Of a DNA stretch of 45,651 nucleotides, positions 28,330 to 38,531 are shown one piece after another. The position numbers were made by a program, and so were the translations under genes. Where the stretch lies: the IMG/VR virus record IMGVR_UViG_3300020183_003709, positions 1 to 45,651 of that record; one strand, given 5' to 3'. The notes beneath the pieces were generated by a model. That model was not told the origin of the DNA. It was given only the letters and a program-made list of their open reading frames with translations, and did no database searches. The stretch comes from a virus. Lineage: Duplodnaviria; Caudoviricetes. Within the stretch, counting starts at the first letter, position 1. Every line of letters begins with the position of its first letter.

Positions 28330-30501
28330 TTAAATCAATTTTCTATTTAATGAATTATATATTTCGAATATTTTTAATTGTACCTCTTTTAAACCATTAC
28401 CAACTTCACCATCGAATGTATATTTATCACGTTGCATTTCTATAAATCTATATCTATTGTGTTCACATATTTTTTTCATCTCTTCTCTAATTTGAATGAG
28501 TTCTTCAACCGTCTTATTTTTAATTGACTCAATTATATTGACTATTATTTCGACTTTTTCTTCTAAACTTTCGGATACATCATATGATTCATCAAACCAA
28601 TTATCAAATGTCTTAAACCCATTTTCTTTTAAAAATTTTAAAGTACCAGTATTACCAAGAATAATGAATGGGTGTCCAAGTGCTATGGGCTTCCATGTCT
28701 TTTCAGAAATAAATAATGTATTTTTATCTACTAATGTCTCTGTGACTATCGATACAAAAGTTTCCTCATAATCATTTAATGTTAAATCATTTGCCCAATT
28801 TATTTCTAATGATTTATCAATTATTATTGGAGTAAAATTATTTAAGTTAGATGCTAAATCATACCAAGTTTCATTAATAAATCTTTTTTCATCAAATTTT
28901 TGACAACTGACTTTACCGTATTCTAATAGATTATTTTGACACAATCTTGAAAGTAATAAAACTCTGTGTCTTCTTGGGTTTCTGTTATATGTTAAAAAAT
29001 GAAATTTATCTTTTTTAGGTTTAAATTCTATAGTGTTATAATATTTAACATCAATGTAATTTAACCAAAAATCGAATGATGATATTCCGTGACATTTGAA
29101 TTTTAAATTTTTGATTTTTCTAATTTCGTCAATAAGTAAATTACCTGAAAAATAGTGCACATTGCTATGTGGTAAATTAGATTGTTCTATCCATTTATTT
29201 ATAATTTCTAAATCATAATTATTATCAATTCCGCTATATCCCTCCATAATATTCATCATAATAATTGCGGATTTATATTTTCTAATGTCGTTCATATATT
29301 GTTCAGAAATACATTTAAATCCGACTTCTAAATTGTTAACGAAAAAAGAAGGATCATAAATATTTATAAAATAAATGTGATCATTGTCTCCTAATTTTTC
29401 TTTAGTTAAAAGCTCTACACAATCCTGATAAAAAGACGGCGTAACTAACTCTTTGAAAACACTTTGATTAAATAATTTATTATTTTTTTCGGTATTGAAA
29501 ACATTCCAATTACCCCACATTTTTGGTATAGTCATTGTACCCGTTTCCTCTAAGTACCATGTTCTTGATGACCCATTTGGTCTATGATAGTTTATTATAC
29601 TATCCCAATCTTCCAAACTGAATATCAATTTTTTACTGAAATATAAATTGAAAATACCATGTGAATATTTTATAGATATAAAATTCATTGGTAATAATTT
29701 TTTTAAAAGACTAAAATCAACAACATATGATCTACTATCTTTTGTTTCGTAGTATGATACTTTAAGTTTTTTATTTAATGATTTTTCAATTTTACTTATT
29801 AGTTCTTTTTTTGTTATGTTTAATTCATTAAAACCAACATTTATTATTTTATTATCAAAATCAAATGACATAACATATAAAAATAATTCAATACAATCAC
29901 TTATATGTAAGTGAGGTCTACTTGCATTTGAATCAAAAATTTCAATTTTTTTATTATTTCTATAACAATCAACTAAATTATTAATTAGAATATCATTTCT
30001 TAAAATATCTCCTTCTCCATATAATGTCGATAATCTAAGAATGACATAATTTAAATTTTCATATTTTGATATTAAATTCTCTGATTCTATTTTTAGTTTT
30101 GAATATAAACCTGTGACCATAACAGGTGAAGTTTCGTTTACATAATTTTGTGTTACTCCGTAAACACTGCAACTACTAGTAAAATAAAAATGTGTATTAT
30201 CCCTCACTAAATCTAAAACGCCCTTTAAATTTTTTAATTCTACCTCAATTTGTTTTTCATCTACAATTTCATCTAATCTTGGTGAGATTAAGTAAATAAT
30301 TTTATCAACGTCTTCAAATAAGTCTCTGTGAACATTAATATTTGCAATATCATCTTCTATGATTTTATCAACAAATTCAACTTTTAATGGATCATTAAAT
30401 TTAAATGAATCATATATTGTGATATTATTATCATTATCTTTTAATTTTTTACATAATTTAGTACCTATGTAACCAGCCCCACCGAATATTATAATTTTCA
30501 T
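28330..30501 (-). CDS. Fusion: N-terminal NAD-dependent epimerase/dehydratase + C-terminal [TS]EK[TS]-family GT-B-like domain
   Basis: N: FGGAGYIG, SSCSVYG, YSKLK, RPHLHI, DSRSY; C: FLTYNR...HR, VSIVTET, ISEKTWKPI..GHPF, FDESYD. Confidence 0.75.
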   Translation of the reverse strand: MKIIIFGGAGYIGTKLCKKLKDNDNNITIYDSFKFNDPLKVEFVDKIIEDDIANINVHRDLFEDVDKIIYLISPRLDEIVDEKQIEVELKNLKGVLDLVRDNTHFYFTSSCSVYGVTQNYVNETSPVMVTGLYSKLKIESENLISKYENLNYVILRLSTLYGEGDILRNDILINNLVDCYRNNKKIEIFDSNASRPHLHISDCIELFLYVMSFDFDNKIINVGFNELNITKKELISKIEKSLNKKLKVSYYETKDSRSYVVDFSLLKKLLPMNFISIKYSHGIFNLYFSKKLIFSLEDWDSIINYHRPNGSSRTWYLEETGTMTIPKMWGNWNVFNTEKNNKLFNQSVFKELVTPSFYQDCVELLTKEKLGDNDHIYFINIYDPSFFVNNLEVGFKCISEQYMNDIRKYKSAIIMMNIMEGYSGIDNNYDLEIINKWIEQSNLPHSNVHYFSGNLLIDEIRKIKNLKFKCHGISSFDFWLNYIDVKYYNTIEFKPKKDKFHFLTYNRNPRRHRVLLLSRLCQNNLLEYGKVSCQKFDEKRFINETWYDLASNLNNFTPIIIDKSLEINWANDLTLNDYEETFVSIVTETLVDKNTLFISEKTWKPIALGHPFIILGNTGTLKFLKENGFKTFDNWFDESYDVSESLEEKVEIIVNIIESIKNKTVEELIQIREEMKKICEHNRYRFIEMQRDKYTFDGEVGNGLKEVQLKIFEIYNSLNRKLI

Positions 30502-30502
30502 A

Positions 30503-31513
30503 TTAGTCTCTTAATAATTCAGTTGTGACACAATGAAAAGAACCACCAAGCGTTCTTGAATGTCTAATTTTACAATCCAATGTTTCTATTTTATATTTTT
30601 TTAATTCTTTGATTAATTCAATTTGTCTATTGTCAACAATTACGGTCTTATCATCTATAGACAAGAGATTAACCCCAATCCAAATCGATGCTCGAATTGT
30701 TTTATGATATCCAATATCTACCATTGGAGGGCACCATATTTTATCCCATGATTTAAGAAATTTGGGTATGTTATTTTCATTTACTCTTTCTGGATTTAAT
30801 AAACACAAACCCTCTCTTAGTAGTGCAATTGTTGAATCAATATGTATGTAAGAATAAACATTCTCTATGGTATGAACTTTATATTCATTACCTAATAAAT
30901 TTTGTAACCATTTAGCGCCTTTCAAATTTCCTGTGTTAGATACTAAATATAAAATGTCATTATTACATCTTAATATATTTGCAGCATCAAAAACAGGTTC
31001 ATTATTATTTAAAGTAATCTTTGATAAATCATCTCGTTGATACATTGAATTTAGTAATCTTGGTTTTGGTGCTGCAACCCAAGTAAAACCCTCTTCCATT
31101 TTTTCTATAAAAATATCTTTAAAACAATCTGTTTCAAATTGTCTTGATCGTAATGACATAGGTGATTCAATTATTTTATTACCAATTACGGTCACCGTAT
31201 CACGAGGACAAAAAGTATAATATTGGGTGGTCTCCCAATACCCATTTGAAATCACTTTTTGAGTATCAATTTGCGTTGGTCTATAGACTTTTACTCCAAT
31301 ATTTTTTAAAATATTTGTCAGATTTTCTAAATCTTCATAAGTCTCATCATAAACATTTTTATCCCAAAACCCCAATTCGTCATGTGGTATTTGATTATCG
31401 GTAGCATAATTAATACAGTGTAAATCTTTACCGTGTGTGGGCATATTAGCGTTTTCAACAGATCCAACAATTACCTCTCTAAGTCTACCCCATTCGTTGT
31501 TAACTGATACCAT
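30503..31513 (-). CDS. Amidinotransferase (glycine / inosamine-phosphate amidinotransferase family)
   Basis: NEWGRLREVIVG, CPRD, FDAAN, HIDST, terminal GGSFHCVT. Confidence 0.92.
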   Translation of the reverse strand: MVSVNNEWGRLREVIVGSVENANMPTHGKDLHCINYATDNQIPHDELGFWDKNVYDETYEDLENLTNILKNIGVKVYRPTQIDTQKVISNGYWETTQYYTFCPRDTVTVIGNKIIESPMSLRSRQFETDCFKDIFIEKMEEGFTWVAAPKPRLLNSMYQRDDLSKITLNNNEPVFDAANILRCNNDILYLVSNTGNLKGAKWLQNLLGNEYKVHTIENVYSYIHIDSTIALLREGLCLLNPERVNENNIPKFLKSWDKIWCPPMVDIGYHKTIRASIWIGVNLLSIDDKTVIVDNRQIELIKELKKYKIETLDCKIRHSRTLGGSFHCVTTELLRD

Positions 31514-31542
31514 TTTTAATTTATATAATTTTAAACATTAAT

Positions 31543-31571
31543 AATATAATAAAATTTTTTTTAATATTCAA
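31543..31571 (-). promoter_or_regulatory. Putative sigma70-like promoter upstream of amidinotransferase
   Basis: TTGAAT-N17-TATATT in 70-bp intergenic gap. Confidence 0.55.
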
Positions 31572-31583
31572 TTATTGTAAAGA

Positions 31584-32438
31584 TTACATTTTATTATTAC
31601 ATCTTAACAAAATGTCATTCTTTAATTCATTTACAATTATATCTTGATTTAAATGGCCGTTATGTACACAATCTCTTGCTTTAACTTCAGTCATTTCGTG
31701 TATTATTTTATAATCAATATTGTGTGAAAATATTTCTTTATCCTTATTTTTAAAATTATCACCATAAGTCCAAAAATATACAGGTACACCTAACATCTCC
31801 CACATATTTTTACAAATAATTAGTGACAAATTAGATTGTTTTATCATTTCACCTTCGTTTTCAACAAAACTGTGAAAGTACCATAATCCATAAAATTCAC
31901 AAGATTTAGGATAAACCTCAACAGGATAGGTTGCGGAAAATAATTCTAAAGAGAGTGAAGGTTCATCATTATCTTTAAACGAATAAAAAGTCCTATGATT
32001 AAAACTTAACTGATAAACAACAAACTTAGGTAATCTTTTTTTATTATTTCTTAGATAGTCAACTAATAAAATTGTATTTGTTGTTGAAAAATCTACTCCC
32101 GTTCCTCCTTGTGCTAAATTGAATGAATCAATATCTAATTCTTTTGATAACTTGTTAACCCACATATTTTCCTCGGCCAAACCGATACCTTCAGTAAATG
32201 AACAACCAAAAGAAACGAAATAATCGTCTTTCAAATCATCAAATTCATTTGTCCTATAACCCCAAGAATTATATTTGTATTTGATTTCTTTATCATAATA
32301 ATACCATTCAGGACCTAATTCATTTTTATTTTTAGTATACAATTCTTCGGTATCACAAGAAACAAAATTTAAGGTTTTATTTGCTTTAGTTATGTTTTGT
32401 ATTATTGGACAATTTTTATGTATTTTAAATTCAGACAT
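31584..32438 (-). CDS. SGNH-like protein (GCS variant)
   Basis: YNSWGYR, FGCSFTEGIG, NLAQGG, RDCVHNG (DxxH). Confidence 0.6.
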   Translation of the reverse strand: MSEFKIHKNCPIIQNITKANKTLNFVSCDTEELYTKNKNELGPEWYYYDKEIKYKYNSWGYRTNEFDDLKDDYFVSFGCSFTEGIGLAEENMWVNKLSKELDIDSFNLAQGGTGVDFSTTNTILLVDYLRNNKKRLPKFVVYQLSFNHRTFYSFKDNDEPSLSLELFSATYPVEVYPKSCEFYGLWYFHSFVENEGEMIKQSNLSLIICKNMWEMLGVPVYFWTYGDNFKNKDKEIFSHNIDYKIIHEMTEVKARDCVHNGHLNQDIIVNELKNDILLRCNNKM

Positions 32439-33117
32439 TTTTGTATAAAGTATTAGTTCTCAAATCTTTATAAGATTTATGATTATGAGAATCTTCATTA
32501 ATTTCCGAAATTTTACTCATTAATATAATTCCTCTAGCAGCATCTTCAGGTGTCATATACATATGCCAACCAACCATATCAATATCATCATCCAAATAGT
32601 TCTTTTCTATATCACGACCATCATAACAAGATTTTTTAAACCATTTGTACGAATCGTAATCGTCACATAAAATCATACCACCTCTACCTATCGGTAATCT
32701 TTTTTTTATCTGAAAGGATAATGCCATAAACCCACCTTCATACATATTTTTGGTCCATCTGCCAGCAGCGTCCCATACATCAAATGGTTCTAATTTGTAA
32801 ACACCTGACCATTCCTTTTCAATAAATTCAAACTCATAACCAGCATGTGAAATTTGCATCGGAACAGAAACATATGTATGTGAAGGTATTTGTATTTTCT
32901 CTTTTTTGTTTATGTATTTTAGTATTAAAAAAATCGAATTACTACAACAATCGACCGCCACCGCAAATTTTGAACCACAAAAATTCGCAACCTTGGTTTC
33001 AAAAATATCAACAATTTCATTTGGGTTACTCCAAGTGTACCCCATTTCTTTTAACTGAGATAGTTCCGATCTCCGTAATTCTTCGGGTAGTAATCCTAAT
33101 GGCCATTCTTTATACAT
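32431..33117 (-). CDS. Short DegT/DnrJ/EryC1/StrS PLP aminotransferase
   Basis: FE..VANF, AVAVDCCS, DAA, SFQIKKRLPIGRGG; only 228 aa. Confidence 0.8.
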   Translation of the reverse strand: MYKEWPLGLLPEELRRSELSQLKEMGYTWSNPNEIVDIFETKVANFCGSKFAVAVDCCSNSIFLILKYINKKEKIQIPSHTYVSVPMQISHAGYEFEFIEKEWSGVYKLEPFDVWDAAGRWTKNMYEGGFMALSFQIKKRLPIGRGGMILCDDYDSYKWFKKSCYDGRDIEKNYLDDDIDMVGWHMYMTPEDAARGIILMSKISEINEDSHNHKSYKDLRTNTLYKNV

Positions 33118-34219
33118 ATTTGAAGATTAGTGAGTATAGGTTTTTTATTTTTTCTAAATCTTCGGTTACATAAACGGATGGTTGATTTCTATGATATTTT
33201 GCAAATTCACTCCAAGTGGACTTATTCGACATAATTAATAATCCGCAATAACTCAAAGTAAATAAATCAATAACATTTTCAATAACATTCCCATAAGTTT
33301 TCATTTTGTAAACATCATGATTAGAGTCAACCAAGAAGTCTGTTATTATTTTGGTAATATCTGTATTATCTAAAATATTATCACCATATTTTTCATAGAA
33401 ATGATTTAAATACTTTCGTGGTAAGTCACTGCTTATATAAAATTTTTGTTTTGAATTTACTTGCAAAATTTTATCAATTATGTTAAAATAAAATTCATCA
33501 CCATAATAACGATATGCATTATGTGAGGAATTAGTTTTTTCAATATACTTTTCGTAATCTTCTCTAATATTTTCAGGAATATTTTGTAAATCTTCTTTAG
33601 TTACACAAACACCATTATGTCTTCTTATGTGAATCCCGACAACTTCTTTTGCAAAATTTTCTAATAAAACTCTAACAAAACAATACTTTATATTAATTTT
33701 TCTAAGAGGCCTATCCTTTAAATCATTTATTGGTAAATGATTTTCTAATTTTGGATTTTTATCAAGGTTCGTTAATCTTATTAAACTATCATATCCAAAA
33801 GCAGAATGTATATGATTCGATAATTTAAAATCCTCATTTGTAAACATTCTTTCGATATCGGTTTTTGATATTGGTTCACTCATACTAACCTTCATTTTTT
33901 CAATATCAAAAACTGTCATAAATTTTAAACAATTAAATTCCATGGGATAGTTCAATCCAAAAGAATATTTGTCCATCCTTACCAGTGAGGTGTATGGTAA
34001 TTCTAATATTTCCAATTCAGGCCAATACATATCCTGTAATAAGATTCGATATTTAAAATTATTTTTTTCATTTAAATAATAAGCAATTTCCCAATGAAGT
34101 ATCCTATTACATAAACCTGTGTCCATCCCATATTCAGGTTTAACATAATCAAAGAAAAAAGAATGGTTTCCCCATCCACCGAATGGTTCTAACCATCTTA
34201 AGGTTTTATCGTAATACAT
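33110..34219 (-). CDS. Fucosyltransferase-like GT-B protein (GT11/GT23/O-FucT-like)
   Basis: GLCNR, GIHIRR, FYISSD, DLFTLS, STWS. Confidence 0.7.
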   Translation of the reverse strand: MYYDKTLRWLEPFGGWGNHSFFFDYVKPEYGMDTGLCNRILHWEIAYYLNEKNNFKYRILLQDMYWPELEILELPYTSLVRMDKYSFGLNYPMEFNCLKFMTVFDIEKMKVSMSEPISKTDIERMFTNEDFKLSNHIHSAFGYDSLIRLTNLDKNPKLENHLPINDLKDRPLRKINIKYCFVRVLLENFAKEVVGIHIRRHNGVCVTKEDLQNIPENIREDYEKYIEKTNSSHNAYRYYGDEFYFNIIDKILQVNSKQKFYISSDLPRKYLNHFYEKYGDNILDNTDITKIITDFLVDSNHDVYKMKTYGNVIENVIDLFTLSYCGLLIMSNKSTWSEFAKYHRNQPSVYVTEDLEKIKNLYSLIFKYV

Positions 34220-35670
34220 TATTTTTTGTTATAATTCTCTTTATCTGAAATATATTCACCTGGTTCAAAATGTGTAATTCTACCGTTAGTAGTTTTAACA
34301 TCGGGTATTGTTTTATCGATTTCTAAACTATTGAACCATTCTGATAATTCAGGAAAAGTGTCGGTAAAACTCTTATTTCTTCTAATATCATATTGTACGA
34401 AAAAACTTTTGAAATCGTGATACTGCATCGTGTTATCCATTTCCGTACTGTTATGACCTCTGTTTACTACTTCAATATAATCAATAAGTCTTTGAATTTG
34501 TGCTTTTTCTCCAATAGTGAAGTATTCACTATTTTTATATTTCATAAACCAAAGTGATAGTTTACCATGTAATGCATATTTTACGTCTTCAGGTAAAACA
34601 AGTGGAGACATAAAAGCGGGCCACCTTAAGATATTCAAATCAACAATTGGTCTATGTGTACCATATTTCTTTTTTAGTACTAACATGTCATCTAAAAACT
34701 CAGTGATGCTAAATAAACAAAGACTATTAATTGTCATCATTATAACCACCTGTCTAAAGTTAGCGTTCTCAATAAACCTTATCAAGTTTGACCTCCACAA
34801 ATCATAATTTAAACCATCTCTAATATATTCAGCATGTGCACCAAAAGATTCATTGCTCGTATATAAATCAAATTCTTTAACTTGTAATTCTTTTGTTATA
34901 TCGATTAGTCTATTAAGAGTTTTTTCATTTAAACCCAAATTAGAATTAACTGCCATTCTAAGGTTAGGTGATGGATATTGTTTCATCAAATCGATAAACT
35001 GCCAAAAATTTCTACTTTGAGATGGTTCACCACCAGTTACTCTAATTTCCATTAATTTTTCTGAAAGTTCGGGCCACCATTCTAAAAATGCTTTTACATA
35101 TGGATTATTCTCATTGTATTTTCCATAAATTTCTGACCAAGATCCATCTGCGTAGTATGCACCAGCACTGGAAGTCTTAAACTTTTGATATGGTCCATTG
35201 TCTTTAATATCTTTACCCCAAGTTGTTGAATAACCTGAATTACAATATGAACATGCAAAATTACAGGTCCTATCGAATGAAACCTCAATTGTCTTTGGAA
35301 CTATGTCTTGATCCCACGGTATGTCTTTTAATTTAGCAATATCTTGTTCATCATATATAATACTTTTATATACCCTGTCAGCAATATTATTTCTACCAAT
35401 ATCTTCCATTTTCCAACAATAGGAACATTCAGCGGGTCTGATTCCCTCTAGCATCATTTTTCTGATTTGTTTTTTGAAATCAGTATTATGAAGGGCGGAT
35501 GGATTATTTTTAATTTCATCAACATCTATTGGGTGTGGTAAGGGTAAATGACACGAATTTGTAAAACCGTGTCCTAAATGTAAACTTACATTATACCATT
35601 TTGCAGCACAAAAACTACAACTTATTGAATTTAAATTCTTATCTCTCCAACTTGCTAATTCATCTGACAT
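34219..35670 (-). CDS. Twitch-domain radical SAM protein
   Basis: FCAAKW, SCH, ECSYCW, CNFACSYC (CxxxCxxC), TGGEP. Confidence 0.9.
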   Translation of the reverse strand: MSDELASWRDKNLNSISCSFCAAKWYNVSLHLGHGFTNSCHLPLPHPIDVDEIKNNPSALHNTDFKKQIRKMMLEGIRPAECSYCWKMEDIGRNNIADRVYKSIIYDEQDIAKLKDIPWDQDIVPKTIEVSFDRTCNFACSYCNSGYSTTWGKDIKDNGPYQKFKTSSAGAYYADGSWSEIYGKYNENNPYVKAFLEWWPELSEKLMEIRVTGGEPSQSRNFWQFIDLMKQYPSPNLRMAVNSNLGLNEKTLNRLIDITKELQVKEFDLYTSNESFGAHAEYIRDGLNYDLWRSNLIRFIENANFRQVVIMMTINSLCLFSITEFLDDMLVLKKKYGTHRPIVDLNILRWPAFMSPLVLPEDVKYALHGKLSLWFMKYKNSEYFTIGEKAQIQRLIDYIEVVNRGHNSTEMDNTMQYHDFKSFFVQYDIRRNKSFTDTFPELSEWFNSLEIDKTIPDVKTTNGRITHFEPGEYISDKENYNKK

Positions 35671-35694
35671 AGTAAATAATTTAATTTTTTTTCC

Positions 35695-36435
35695 TTATAA
35701 AACGAAATTTATTGGGACTTTTTCTAAGAAGTTTAGATTTCTTGATTCATCATAAATAATACCCAAGTTGTTTATGGTTTTGAAATCATAATAACATAAA
35801 ATGTCATCATAACATTTTTTTAATGGTAATAGATGAATTTCATTAGAAATGAGGTAATCTTCTATTAATTGTATATTAGTATTATTTATTATAATAGAAA
35901 ATAATTTTACATCAACCTCACCAAAATATCTATGTTTTTCAGAAACGCATTCAGGGCTAGAACAACCGATATATAAACTATTTTCAATATAATCTTCAAT
36001 TAGATTCCCATTAAATACAATTCTATTGTTTTCGATAAAGTTTTTATACAATATCATTTCATTTTTATCTCTAACAATCGTGATTGTTATTGATTTTTCT
36101 ATTTCATTTTCATCTGTATCTAAAATAGGTAAAAAATAAAATTTGTCACCTTCTTGTTCATCGGTCCAAAATTCATAAGCCAATGTTTTAGTTGAGTCAT
36201 TATACGATAATCCCAAGTTTTTGCCAGGTTTACCAAAGACCATAGATATTTCATCTTTTTTATAAATTTTCTTAATATTGAATGTAATTGTAATTGCATA
36301 TTCTGATTTTAATAAAAAATTTTTCAAATAAATATTCTCACTCTTATCAAAATTTGTTACATATTGATTATCATGATGTTCATCAATGTCCCAAGAAAAT
36401 TTAACCCAATATGGTTCTTTATATTTTATTTTCAT
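35695..36435 (-). CDS. Stand-alone LamG/concanavalin-like domain protein
   Basis: LYIGC, YFGEVD, YYDF..IYDES; paralogous to the N-terminus of 36432..38531. Confidence 0.55.
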   Translation of the reverse strand: MKIKYKEPYWVKFSWDIDEHHDNQYVTNFDKSENIYLKNFLLKSEYAITITFNIKKIYKKDEISMVFGKPGKNLGLSYNDSTKTLAYEFWTDEQEGDKFYFLPILDTDENEIEKSITITIVRDKNEMILYKNFIENNRIVFNGNLIEDYIENSLYIGCSSPECVSEKHRYFGEVDVKLFSIIINNTNIQLIEDYLISNEIHLLPLKKCYDDILCYYDFKTINNLGIIYDESRNLNFLEKVPINFVL

Positions 36436-38531
36436 AATAATTTTATTTTTTCAAAAAATTCTTTTAATTCTGGAAAATACTCATTTACATCTAAATTTCT
36501 CCTCACCTTATATTCATCGACAAAATTTAATAAATCTTTTTTATCCTTGTCGAAACTATTAGTGTCAGTATTATAATCGGCAGTAAATATGTCTTTTATT
36601 CTTACAATTTTTTCAATTTCTTGTGTTGAAAATCCTACATCTGAAACTATTTGTGTTTTATGAAAATTTAAACTTCTAAATGTTGAATTAAATTTCATAT
36701 ACTTAATCCATCTGTCGAATAGATTTACATTAATGTAATCTTTTAATAATCTAAAGCTCATAAACGGCGGATGTCTTAAGTATGAGGTATCCAATATTAG
36801 AGCGGTATTCCAATATCTCATATTATTAAAGTGTTTCAATTTCATCTTATGAACTTTTTTAATTAATAATTCATAAGAAAAAACACTAAAAATATTAAAT
36901 GTTGACATTATTACTACCGTCACTTTAGGAAGTTTGGTTAATATCTTATCTATGTTCTGAAATAACTTTTCAAAGTTCATACCATATCTGGTAAACTCGG
37001 ATTGTTTTCCGTACGCATCACAAGATGTAAAAATAATTAATTCATGTACCCTATTATCAAGAATAATTCTATCTAACTTTTGTATTAGATTTTCAATTAA
37101 TTCATCTGGTACACCAAGATTACTATTGATTGATAGTTTTAAATTTTTATTTGGTGATTCACTATTGATAATGTGGTCTAAAACCTTCCAAGTATCTTTG
37201 TGTAATAAAGGTTCTCCTCCCGTAATTCTAAAAGTATCGAGACTATCATATAGTTCAGGAAACCATTCCCAAAATGCTTCAACATAAGGATTTTCCTCAG
37301 AATGTTTATAAGGTTTAGTTTCTCGTTCCTCCATTCTTCTAGTACCATTATACTCATATGATAAATTATATGGTCCATATTGATTAATTTCTTCCATCCA
37401 CTTTGAGGAATATTCTGGTCCACAATATGCACATTTAAAATTACAAGTGTTTGAGAAACTTATCTCGGCGTATTTTGGGTTATAGTCATCTCTCCAATTA
37501 GATTTAGAAATTTCATGAAAATATGGTTCTGACCAAGGTTCTGAAGATTTGAAAACCCTGTCTGAAAAAGAATTAGAGTTGTCTTCCACATTCCAACAAT
37601 ATTGACACTCTGATGGTCTTCTATCTTCAAGCATTTCCTTCCTTGCTTGTTTTTTAATCTTACTGTTATGGAGAGCCGACGGGTTTCTACTTATTTCTTC
37701 CAATCCAATTTTATGTGGCTCAGGATGATGACAACTATGTGTTGTACCATTGTGTAGATGCATAGTTACTTGTGTCCATTTTGCTAAACAAAAACCACAC
37801 CCAACATTGTCTAATTTATCTTTAATCATGTCAAATCCTACTGTTGACATTTTGTTTTTTCTTTTTAAAAATGTCTTACCAATATTTTCCTCAATAATTA
37901 AAAATTCTTCATTTGTGTTCTCCAAATTGAATAATGCATAAAGAGTCTCATATTCTTTTGTGGATTTGATATCTATTTCATTTTTTACAATTTTTTCTAG
38001 TGTCTTTATATCAATTATTGATTTAAAAACACTGAAATGATTTACATCCATTTCAGTCATACACTTATGTTCTGATGTAATACTATCCATATTATGACAC
38101 CCAATATAAATTGGTTCTTTTTCATAATCTGAAATTAACTTTGTAGAAATATCTATGGTATCAAATAATTTGAAGTCTTTATATAGATAATATGTAAAAC
38201 CATCAAATTGAATGGTTATATTAATGAAATTTTTGAATGTGTTTGGGTCTATTGTGTCATATAAAAAATGATTAAATTTGCTTACTATTTCTCCATCATC
38301 ATCTAATATTTCTGTCCAAAACTCAAAGACAAAATAATTTACTTTATAATCATAACTTAATCCAAAATTTTTTCCAGGAATACCTAAAAACCCAATTTTA
38401 TTATCTTGCTTATAATTTTTTAAGACTCTAAAAGTTAGTGATATGGTATATAACCCATCTGATATAATATTTGTTTGGTCCTCAGTTGATTTTGGTTTTA
38501 AAAACCATGGTTTACTATATTCTATTTTCAT
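36432..38531 (-). CDS. LamG-like domain fused to twitch-domain radical SAM
   Basis: N: IPGKNFGLSY, FEFWTE, IYIGC; C: FCLAKW, SCHH, ECQYCW, CNFKCAYC, TGGEPLL. Confidence 0.88.
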   Translation of the reverse strand: MKIEYSKPWFLKPKSTEDQTNIISDGLYTISLTFRVLKNYKQDNKIGFLGIPGKNFGLSYDYKVNYFVFEFWTEILDDDGEIVSKFNHFLYDTIDPNTFKNFINITIQFDGFTYYLYKDFKLFDTIDISTKLISDYEKEPIYIGCHNMDSITSEHKCMTEMDVNHFSVFKSIIDIKTLEKIVKNEIDIKSTKEYETLYALFNLENTNEEFLIIEENIGKTFLKRKNKMSTVGFDMIKDKLDNVGCGFCLAKWTQVTMHLHNGTTHSCHHPEPHKIGLEEISRNPSALHNSKIKKQARKEMLEDRRPSECQYCWNVEDNSNSFSDRVFKSSEPWSEPYFHEISKSNWRDDYNPKYAEISFSNTCNFKCAYCGPEYSSKWMEEINQYGPYNLSYEYNGTRRMEERETKPYKHSEENPYVEAFWEWFPELYDSLDTFRITGGEPLLHKDTWKVLDHIINSESPNKNLKLSINSNLGVPDELIENLIQKLDRIILDNRVHELIIFTSCDAYGKQSEFTRYGMNFEKLFQNIDKILTKLPKVTVVIMSTFNIFSVFSYELLIKKVHKMKLKHFNNMRYWNTALILDTSYLRHPPFMSFRLLKDYINVNLFDRWIKYMKFNSTFRSLNFHKTQIVSDVGFSTQEIEKIVRIKDIFTADYNTDTNSFDKDKKDLLNFVDEYKVRRNLDVNEYFPELKEFFEKIKLL

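Noticed and set aside
31521-31538. Tiny uORF MFKII upstream of the amidinotransferase
   Set aside because: Five codons in AT-rich DNA; chance is sufficient
23945-37432. Nested minus-strand ORFs at 23945, 26814, 35094 and 37178
   Set aside because: Out-of-frame inside well-supported genes
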